Below the pieces are notes generated by a model. The model was not told the DNA's origin. It ran no database searches and saw only the letters and a program-made list of their open reading frames with translations. The translations under genes were made by a program, and so were the position numbers. 64,000 nucleotides of DNA from Elusimicrobiota bacterium (GTDB taxonomy: Bacteria > Elusimicrobiota > Elusimicrobia > UBA1565 > UBA9628): NCBI GenBank assembly GCA_027371715.1, contig DAHXMM010000003.1, positions 30,758-94,757 on the forward strand, given 5' to 3'. How positions within the stretch are numbered: the first letter of the stretch is position 1; each line of letters begins with the position of its first letter. Below are positions 33,872 to 41,900 of the stretch, in pieces.

Positions 33872-34402
33872 ATGAATGAGAAAGATGTTAATTCCATGAT
33901 CTGCTATGTGCGGCAGGCAAATGGAATGCTTGAGATTTTGGAGGAAAATAAAAAAAACCAAGAAATCACGCTACGAGAACTTCAAGGAAAATTCAAGGAA
34001 AAATATAAAGCAGATCCAGGGAATGATGATTTCTCTTTCTGCAACCAACACCAGTTCTCCGCTTCCTTGTTTATCTATATCGGCATACCATCCCAGAAAT
34101 TTTTTAACAGCCTCCCAGAATGTTCTGTTGAAAAACTTGTTCCTGATTGGGGAGTCCCACCCTCCGTACAAGAGTCGAGATGGAACCTAAAAGAACTCAT
34201 TCGTCATCTGCGCAACGCGATTGCACATGGCAATGTCTCTATTTCTCCTGATTTAGAATTTACCTTTGTAGACGAGAAAAAGGGGAATTCTATAGAAATT
34301 AAATTTAATAGGGATGAGCTTCAACGTTTTAGCCAGGCGTTAAGTTGGTGGTGCTTAACAAAAGACATAACACTTAAAGGACTGCGTGACAATCACTCTT
34401 AA
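33872..34402 (+). CDS. HEPN-motif protein (putative RNase)
   Basis: 176 aa. The R-x4-H motif lies in LIRHLRNAIAHGNVSI within a predicted helical domain. There is no intact partner gene. Confidence 0.55.
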   Translation: MNEKDVNSMICYVRQANGMLEILEENKKNQEITLRELQGKFKEKYKADPGNDDFSFCNQHQFSASLFIYIGIPSQKFFNSLPECSVEKLVPDWGVPPSVQESRWNLKELIRHLRNAIAHGNVSISPDLEFTFVDEKKGNSIEIKFNRDELQRFSQALSWWCLTKDITLKGLRDNHS

Positions 34403-34522
34403 GTGATCAGGAAAAGCCTATTACGTAGGAAAGACCCGTTCCGCATTATGGTACCCTGGGGCAATCCAAGCCAATGACACCGCAAAAATACAATAAATTC
34501 ATGGATATTTTTATTTGTTTCT

Positions 34523-34564
34523 ATTGCGTAGTTATATTGCGTTTTACGCAATACGCTACGCAAT
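34523..34564. promoter_or_regulatory. 42-nt nested palindrome with four ATTGCGT/ACGCAAT half-sites (operator-like)
   Basis: ATTGCGTAG-ttat-ATTGCGT-ttt-ACGCAAT-acg-CTACGCAAT. It lies 29 nt upstream of the methyltransferase remnant. Confidence 0.45.
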
Positions 34565-34592
34565 GTCAATGCATGGGGAGTCTTAGCGCGAA

Positions 34593-34760
34593 ATGTTGAA
34601 AGTTGAAAACCACAACCCTGATGTTTTAAGCTGCTTGGCGAATTTGAGCAGTGACGAGGTCTTTACGCCGCCTCGCCGCGCGTGGGGAACTACCCAATGC
34701 TTGCCAGCATTTGGGAATTTTTCTCAATCATCACGACGCTCTTTCCAACCCAGATCATGA
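34593..34760 (+). pseudogene. remnant of a DNA methyltransferase (N-terminal ~27 codons only)
   Basis: MLKVENHNPDVLSCLANLSSDEVFTPP resembles, from memory, the conserved N-terminus (..NPDVL.CLANLS.DEVFTPP) of large N6-adenine RM methyltransferases. After that the frame becomes unrelated sequence and stops after 55 codons. Confidence 0.45.
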
Positions 34761-34812
34761 TTGGATTTGAATCAAGCAAAAAGATATCCTGTTAGAGAAC
34801 TTTAGAAATACA

Positions 34813-35712
34813 ATGCCTATTCCTAATTACCAGCCCTGCATGCTGCCTCTCCTGGAATTTTATTCGGATAATAAAGAGCATTCAGCTCATGAAGCCTGTG
34901 CCCAACTTGCGAAAAAGTTTCAATTAACCGGCGCTGAGAGACAAACGCTGTTGCCTAGCGGTCAACAAACGGTTTTTGAAAATAGAGTTGGATGGGCTCG
35001 AACCTATTTAAAAAAGTCAGGGCTCATTGACGCTCCTAAACGAGGCGTTAATAAAATTACCTCCCGAGGCCTGGAGGTCTTGCAAAAAAATCCGACCTCT
35101 ATTGATGTACGGTTTCTTGAACAATTCCAGGAATTCAAGGAATTTAGGGATTTACGGAGAAATGACGGAGAAACTGAGCCCGAGAACGGCGATGATACGC
35201 CGGAAGAGTTACTCGAACGAGCGCATCAAACGCTCCAATCTTCCATTCTCACCGACTTACTCCAGCGGCTTAAGGCGTGTTCCCCATCTTTTTTCGAGAA
35301 AATTGTCGTTGAGGTAATTTTAAAAATGGGTTATGGCGGCAGCAGGCAGGATGCGGGTAAAGCCATAGGCCAAACCGGAGACGGCGGCATTGATGGAATT
35401 ATTAAACAAGATAAACTAGGCCTCGATGCGATCTATATTCAAGCGAAGAAATGGGAAAGCGTCGTTGGCAGACCTGAAATTCAAAAATTTGTCGGCGCAT
35501 TGACCGGTCAACGCGCCAGAAAAGGCGTTTTTATAACGACTTCTGATTTTTCCTCCGGGGCAAAAGATTATGCGTCTCAAATCGACACGAAGGTTATCCT
35601 TGTGGATGGGAAAATGTTGGCACGGTTGATGTTGGAACATAATGTCGGAGTATCGCTCGTCAGCACTTACGCCGTTAAAAAAATCGATTCCGATTATTTC
35701 TCGGAAGAATAG
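34813..35712 (+). CDS. mrr: Mrr-family type IV restriction endonuclease
   Basis: N-terminal Mrr_N winged helix (MPIPNYQPCMLPLLEF...). The C-terminal PD-(D/E)xK core is GDGGIDGIIKQDKLGLDAIYIQAKKW. Confidence 0.85.
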   Translation: MPIPNYQPCMLPLLEFYSDNKEHSAHEACAQLAKKFQLTGAERQTLLPSGQQTVFENRVGWARTYLKKSGLIDAPKRGVNKITSRGLEVLQKNPTSIDVRFLEQFQEFKEFRDLRRNDGETEPENGDDTPEELLERAHQTLQSSILTDLLQRLKACSPSFFEKIVVEVILKMGYGGSRQDAGKAIGQTGDGGIDGIIKQDKLGLDAIYIQAKKWESVVGRPEIQKFVGALTGQRARKGVFITTSDFSSGAKDYASQIDTKVILVDGKMLARLMLEHNVGVSLVSTYAVKKIDSDYFSEE

Positions 35713-35761
35713 TCATCCGAAGACAACCACAAATCACTCCCCATTAAATTTCCCTAATAAA

Positions 35762-35782
35762 CATCGTCGGTAGTAGTACAAT
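35762..35782 (+). repeat. 21-nt direct repeat, right copy (CATCGTCGGTAGTAGTACAAT)
   Basis: 18/21 identical to 33682-33702. Together the two copies bracket the HEPN / MTase-remnant / Mrr segment. Confidence 0.5.
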
Positions 35783-35859
35783 TTAAGACATGGCGTTCAA
35801 TCGAGAAGATGGATTCTTTATGTTTGAAAATACGCCAAAAATTTAGGGAGACAATAACA

Positions 35860-36187
35860 ATGCACCGCTCTTTTTCTCAAAGGCATGAACACAAGCCGGT
35901 CAAAGACCAATTACAGATCGAATCAATGGATGATAGCCTGAGAAACAGGCTGTGGGATATTGTTTTTTTATCAACTTAAATTGGATACTCTGAAAAAAAA
36001 TGCTCCATTTTCCATTGTAGATTCGAGTATTATGGCGTTAATATACAAACTTTGGCATCTTTATTTTAAGCAGCCACAAGACACAATTCCAGGTAATGGA
36101 TATGATATCGCACAAAATATCCGAAACTATTTTTTCGATTGCAAAATAATCCACATTTCCTTTTTTCAGCAGCAATATTCAGCATGA
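35860..36187 (+). pseudogene. frameshifted and truncated AbiJ N-terminal-domain-like gene
   Basis: An AGGGAG RBS precedes MHRSFSQRHEHKPVKDQLQIESMDDSLRNRLWDIVF. The frame breaks at a T7 run (35963-35969) and continues in +1 as ..YQLKLDTL...NIRNYFFDCK. It ends just upstream of the XRE promoter. Confidence 0.4.
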
Positions 36188-36200
36188 TTTACGAGCGGTA

Positions 36201-36238
36201 TTGACAAAATACGAAAGGCGTTGTATAATAATTACAAC
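36201..36238 (+). promoter_or_regulatory. consensus sigma70 promoter plus overlapping inverted repeat (operator) of the XRE cassette
   Basis: TTGACA (36201-06), a 17-nt spacer, then TATAAT (36224-29). The inverted repeat GTTGTA-N7-TACAAC (36220-36238) spans the -10. The GGAGAGGGGG RBS follows. Confidence 0.65.
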
Positions 36239-36261
36239 ACCAAAAGGAGAGGGGGTCTCAC

Positions 36262-36636
36262 ATGAACCACCATGGGAGTTTTGGGGAATATTTTAAGAGT
36301 TTGCGTTTGAAGAGAGGTCTCACCTTGCGAGATTTTTGCCTGCAAAACGGTTTTGATCCTGGAAATATCAGCAAACTCGAGCGCGGCATTTTCGCGCCCC
36401 CACAGAGCGATGAAAAGTTGCGCGATTACGCGAAGGCCTTGGGGTTGCGCGAGGGGAGCGCCGAATGGATTGAATTTTTTGATTTAGCCGCGGCTGAGGG
36501 CGGACGACTTCCCGAGGACATACGGAAAGATTCCAGCGTGATCGAAAGACTCCCCGCTTTCTTTCGGACTCTACGCGATAAAAAGCTTCCCGGCGAGGCG
36601 CTGGACAAACTAATCGAGAAACTTAAGCATTCTTAA
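36262..36636 (+). CDS. XRE-family helix-turn-helix regulator
   Basis: FGEYFKSLRLKRGLTLRDFCLQNGFDPGNISKLERG is a canonical HTH_3 motif. Confidence 0.75.
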   Translation: MNHHGSFGEYFKSLRLKRGLTLRDFCLQNGFDPGNISKLERGIFAPPQSDEKLRDYAKALGLREGSAEWIEFFDLAAAEGGRLPEDIRKDSSVIERLPAFFRTLRDKKLPGEALDKLIEKLKHS

Positions 36637-36648
36637 GAGAATTCGCGC

Positions 36649-37269
36649 GTGACCCTTAATTTACCTCGGCGCGATTATAAAGAACTTCGCCGCGTGGCGG
36701 GTGAGTTTCTCTCCGAATATCATCCTGAAGACATCACTCCAGTTCCCATAGAGCAAATCATAGAAACACGGTTTAAAATATCCCTGATTCCAATTCCCGG
36801 CCTCTTGGATGAATTTAAAATTGATGGATTTATTTCCTCAAGTCTAAAAGAAATAAGCATTGACGAATTTGTCTATATGAAGCGGGAGCGCCGGGCTCGG
36901 TTTACTCTTGCTCATGAGCTTTCGCATCTCATTTTGCACCGCGACATCATTTTGGCTCGCCGCGTTGAGACGATTGAAAATTACAAGACATTTCGCGACT
37001 CCATGGAGGACGAATACCGCTGGCTGGAGTGGCAGGCGAGCTGCTTGGCAGGGCTCATCCTTGTCCCGACAGTTCCTCTTCGCGCGCAATTTGAGTTATC
37101 CCGCAAACAAGCCGAGACCGCGGGCCTTAACCCCTCAACCGAGCCCGCCGTTAAGTACATCTGCGACTATCTCTCCGACATTTTTAATGTTTCCGCGCAA
37201 GTGGTCCAATATCGGCTGACCAAGGAAGGACTAGTCACGGTGGAATTTCCTTTCTCGGACGGCGTTTGA
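36649..37269 (+). CDS. ImmA/IrrE-family Zn metallopeptidase (COG2856-like)
   Basis: GTG start 12 nt after the XRE gene. HEXXH lies in FTLAHELSHLILH, and a downstream E-rich helix (EWQASCLAGLILVP) is typical of this family. Confidence 0.8.
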   Translation: MTLNLPRRDYKELRRVAGEFLSEYHPEDITPVPIEQIIETRFKISLIPIPGLLDEFKIDGFISSSLKEISIDEFVYMKRERRARFTLAHELSHLILHRDIILARRVETIENYKTFRDSMEDEYRWLEWQASCLAGLILVPTVPLRAQFELSRKQAETAGLNPSTEPAVKYICDYLSDIFNVSAQVVQYRLTKEGLVTVEFPFSDGV

Positions 37270-37287
37270 GAATTCAGAAAATGAGGC

Positions 37288-38229
37288 ATGACTGAGCCTA
37301 TGTCCCAGACAATCTACCTGCCAAAGCGACTGGTTAAACCGCCCATCCGGTTGGTTTTGGATTCTTCTATTGTATTTGGATTAGGCGAAAAAAACTGGAA
37401 GTTCTTAGAAGATTTGACAGAGGCTAAAAAAATCCAGGCATGGGATTCCGTTGTGGGCTTATGTGAAATTATTTGTCATGTCCATAAATCGGATAGCCCA
37501 GAACATCACGATGCGAAATGGCTCGCCAATAGATGCGCGAATTTAGCGCGAATAACTCCAAATCACATGCTTCCAAGCCCTGGAGTTGTGGTCAGCAGGG
37601 CATTGCGCGAGTGGCTCAAATGGCCCAAGACCGCAAGAATTGAGGAATCAAAAATATTTCTTAGAATTCGCAAGAAATTAATAGACCAACCCTCATTTTT
37701 AAAGTCGAATGAGATTCGCGCCGCTATTGTTGAGCCGACGGATACGGTAGAAAAATCTTTTTGTCGAAGCCTTGAATCGTTGCGGGAGGAACTAAAAAAA
37801 GACTATGTCGTCAAGGCGCAATCCACCGTATCACCAAACCAATTTAGAGAGATGATTATCGGCTATATACAACGCAAGCCTGAATTCCAATCAAGCTTAT
37901 TTTGCCATTTTATGAATCATCACAATGTTGGAATCGAGGCAATGGCGGCCATTGCGCTAAAATGGCGGGAAATCCCGTATGTCGCCGATCTGATGTCCAT
38001 TTACAATCTGCAAATTGGCAATTTCATCGCACATAGTCGAAAAGCCGAGTTTTCGGATTTTTTAGATTTTGAATTGGCCGCTTATATTGCTTCCAATCAT
38101 ATTGACTTCTTTGTGACGAATAATAAACGCGATTTTCAAGAGGCATTTAAATATTATGCGCCTTTGGCGAACAAGGTCCTTTCTTGGGAAGATTTTAAGA
38201 AACGCATGGAATCATCCAATGGCCGCTAA
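37288..38229 (+). CDS. PIN-like domain protein with a large internal insert (putative effector)
   Basis: N-terminal IRLVLDSSIVFGL is a PIN strand-1 Asp motif. C-terminal FLDFELAAYIASNHIDFFVTNNKRDF is a PIN-like distal motif. About 230 aa of unassigned sequence lies between them. Confidence 0.45.
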   Translation: MTEPMSQTIYLPKRLVKPPIRLVLDSSIVFGLGEKNWKFLEDLTEAKKIQAWDSVVGLCEIICHVHKSDSPEHHDAKWLANRCANLARITPNHMLPSPGVVVSRALREWLKWPKTARIEESKIFLRIRKKLIDQPSFLKSNEIRAAIVEPTDTVEKSFCRSLESLREELKKDYVVKAQSTVSPNQFREMIIGYIQRKPEFQSSLFCHFMNHHNVGIEAMAAIALKWREIPYVADLMSIYNLQIGNFIAHSRKAEFSDFLDFELAAYIASNHIDFFVTNNKRDFQEAFKYYAPLANKVLSWEDFKKRMESSNGR

Positions 38230-38944
38230 AAAAGATACTGTCATATCAGCCAGAGATGCCGCGCTCACCACAACAGAAGCGGGATTGTCTCTTATTAACG
38301 GCGGGGGCATTCTATCTGCCTTGCTGAATCAGTTTATTCCCAAGACTTGGCAAAAACGGACCAATGAAGAAATGGAGTGTTTAAGAAATGAATTCCAGCG
38401 ACTAGATCAAAAAATTGATAAAAACAAAATTTCATCTGAAAATTTTCATATTACGGTGCTTCAGGTAATCATGGGTGCGCTAATTGAAAATCACGCGGAG
38501 AAGCGGGCCGCGTTTCGAGCCATTTTGCTTAACGAGGCGATTTCTCCTGCTCCAAATCCGGAACTAGACTTATTTATTAAAATCACAAGGGATTTGACCC
38601 TTGAGCATATTCAGGCGTTGAAAGTGTTAAATGATCCAGTTTCCGCCCAATCGCAACACCTTGAAATTAGCGCGAAAATAAACGCCATCACAAGCACCAA
38701 TTCCGAGACTATCCCCCAAAGCGACATTATTTCAGTTTTGCTCAAGCCTTCGCTTCCGGAAATTCCAGAAGATCATTTTCTCTTGATTCTCCATGGACTT
38801 ACAAGTCTTGGACTACTTGTAGATCCAGGGATGGCCTGGGGCGGGGTAACCGCTTGGAAATCCTCCTTGAATCCGCAAAAAATATTGGAGAAAAGAATCA
38901 CGCCGCTAGGGGAACGCTATATTCAATTTATCACGCTGCCTTGA
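38219..38944 (+). CDS. hypothetical protein (241 aa), last gene of the XRE-ImmA cassette
   Basis: ATG at 38219 overlaps the previous gene by 11 nt. The protein looks helical, and its C-terminal LLILHGLTSLGLLVD resembles a winged-helix recognition segment. I recognise no catalytic motif. Confidence 0.45.
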   Translation: MAAKKDTVISARDAALTTTEAGLSLINGGGILSALLNQFIPKTWQKRTNEEMECLRNEFQRLDQKIDKNKISSENFHITVLQVIMGALIENHAEKRAAFRAILLNEAISPAPNPELDLFIKITRDLTLEHIQALKVLNDPVSAQSQHLEISAKINAITSTNSETIPQSDIISVLLKPSLPEIPEDHFLLILHGLTSLGLLVDPGMAWGGVTAWKSSLNPQKILEKRITPLGERYIQFITLP

Positions 38945-38969
38945 ACCGATTTTGAGTTAAACCAATTAA

Positions 38970-41900
38970 ATGAACGACTCCGAAAGCCGCCTTGCGGCCC
39001 AATTTGATCTCGACTCCAACATGGTCGTCGAAGCGGCGGCCGGAACGGGAAAAACTTCCCTTCTGATTGCGAGAATTCTTTCCCTGGTTATAGCGGGGCA
39101 GGGAGGGAAAGGCGTTTCTCTCGAAAAAATCGCGGCTTTAACCTTTACCAACAAAGCCGCCGCGGAAATGAAAATTCGCCTAGCCCAACAACTCCATCAA
39201 GTCTCGATTTTCTCCCGCCATCCCGAAAACGTTTCAGAAACGCTGAAAGAATTACTTTTCTCGCTTCAAAAACGATTCTCACTAAATCAAACGACATTCG
39301 AAGAACGCGCCGCATCCGCTCTGAACTTAATCGAACGAGCTCCCATTGAAACCTTTCATTCCTTTATGGCGCGAATTCTAAGACTTTATCCTCTTGAAGC
39401 GGGGCTTTCCCCAGCCTTTGAAATCGATCAAGGGCGAAGTTTTAACCGGATATTTGAATCGGAATGGGAAGCGTGGCTGGATATTGAATTGGGGCCTTCC
39501 GCGCCGCGCGAAAAAGACTGGCTCTTAATTCTTAAATTTGTCTCTATTAAGGATTTAAAAAAATTGGCGAAAGAACTCTGCCAAGAGAAAATACCCTCGG
39601 AAATGATTCACAACGTTTCGAAAGAGGCCCTAGAAAGCCTGGAAATACTGCGGCGAAAATTAAAACAGATTCCCACGGGGAAACCCGCTCCCAAAAGCCG
39701 GGCCTTTCTCGATCGATTCTCCGAATTAGAAGACCAAGTTGAAAAGCTGATTCAAGCGGGAAGCCAAAAAAATTCTGAAATCCCTGAGAATTGGAATCCT
39801 CTCCTTTTACCGCCTTCGTGGCCTAAATGGCCAAAGGCGTGGGAAGAATACGCAGACGAAGAAAAAATTTACGAGCGCGCGAAAAAAATAGTCGAATTAT
39901 CTTCTCCAAAAAAGCACGCTTTGGTGGAAAAGGCGATTATTCTCCTGACGCCCTTCCGCAAAAAATTCAGCGACACCTTTCAAAGGGCCGGATTTATTTC
40001 TTTTGACGGCCTTTTAACCGAGGCCCGAAATCTTTTCAAAGACAATCTGCGAATTCGAAATGAAATTAAGCGCTTTTATCATTCCTTTTTGGTCGATGAA
40101 TTTCAGGACACCGACCCTCTTCAAGGAGAAATTCTTTTTTTTCTGGCGGAAGACATCAATTCGGCGGCGACGGATTGGAAACAAGCGCGTCCAGGCCCGG
40201 GCCGGATTTTCGTCGTCGGCGACCCCAAACAATCCATTTACCGCTTTCGCGGGGCCGACATCGCCGCCTATCAAGATTTCACGCAAAAAATTTTGTCATA
40301 CCCTCATTCCAAATTCTTGTCTTTAAATCTTAATTTCAGGAGTAGGCCCGAGGTTTTATCTCCGATTAATTCTCTCTTCTCAAAAACGATGGAAGAAAAA
40401 AAAGGGTTGCAAGCCGCTCATCAAGAACTCCTTTCAAGCAAAACCTCAAATTCTAATGCCGCGCTTGAGATCGTTAAGCTCAGTTTTTCTAAATCTCCCG
40501 CCAGTTCCGAAGAATTTCAAAAAACGGAAACCCAATGGATTTGCCAGTGGATTCAGAAAAATTGCGGCCCCAAGAAAAAATTTCGCTACAAGGACGTAGC
40601 CGTTCTTTGGAGAACGCAAACAGGCAGTTCTCATCTTATAGAAGCCTTTAAGGACGCTCAAATTCCCTATGCCGCCCAACTAAAGAATTCTCTCTATTCT
40701 TCCCAAGAATTCATTGATTTTACAAACCTCATTCGCGTCCTGGACAATCCCGCGGATGAAATCTCTCTAACCGCGCTCATGCGCTCCCCTCTCAGCGACA
40801 TCAAGGATTCAGATTTAGCGGATCTTAAAAGCGGAACAAAAAACTCATTGCCCCTAGAAAAAACTCTCGACTATCTTCGCAAGCGCCTCGGAAGAATTCC
40901 ACTGCCGCTTTTTTTAGATCAAACGCTCAAGGAAACCGCTCTTTTGCCTATCGCCGCCAAAGCCTACCACGGTTCCCAAGCCGTCTCAAACCTCCTCAAA
41001 GTCGCCCGACTCGCGGAAGAAATGGCCGATAAGGAAGGGCTCAGCGCTCGGGAAATGCTCGAACGCATATCCGAGGAAATTAAATCAGGAGAGGAGGAAG
41101 GGGAAAATCCCCTGGCGGATGAATCTTTTGACTGCGTTCGGCTGTTGACCATCCATAAAGCTAAAGGCCTTGAATTTCCCATCGTCTTTATTCCCCGCAT
41201 CTCATCGCCTGGAAAAGACCATGAAATTTCTCCTTTTCTCTCCGACTGGAAAACGCAAACGGTAGGCTTTTATCTTTCCAAGGCCCATGCGGCTTCCCTC
41301 AACATGGCAATTCTTCAAATCAACGAGAAAGAAAGACTTGCGCACGAAGTCCTGCGTCTTCTCTATGTCGGATTGACCCGGGCCAAGGAAAAAATATTTC
41401 TCATTGGAGACAAGGATTTCTCCCCGGGGAGATATTCTTTCTCGCAATTTTTATCGCAAGACCCCAGTCTCCCATCGCAAGATTTAACCGCTGATTCTCT
41501 TCTCACAAATTCAAAATCCCCCCCGCGCAAACAAGCGAGGGAAATTTCCATTCCGCCCAAAGACTGGGCGGCGCGCTGGGAAAAACGCTCTGAATTAAAG
41601 CGCGCGTCTTTATCTCCCTGGTCCTCAAGCCCCACCCAAACCCAAGCCAACCTTTTTGGGGAAGAAGATTCCCTTCCCCGACAAAACCAAGCTTCTCTCT
41701 TAGGACAACTTTGCCACGAAACGCTCAAAAGATTAGATTTTAAAAATCCAGGCGAGGTCAAAAAAATAATCAGCGCCGCTTACGCTTCCTTGGCTCAACT
41801 AAACTTAGAACCTCCGGGAAAAAACCTGCTCAATGAGGCCTCGGCTTTGATCGATAATTTTTTACGCTCGTCTTCAGCCAAAGAAATCGAACACGCCGAA

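Noticed and set aside
34665-34690. cgccgcgcgtggggaac, reminiscent of the 3' half of type I-E CRISPR repeats
   Set aside because: It occurs once, with no repeat-spacer periodicity and no cas genes in the window.
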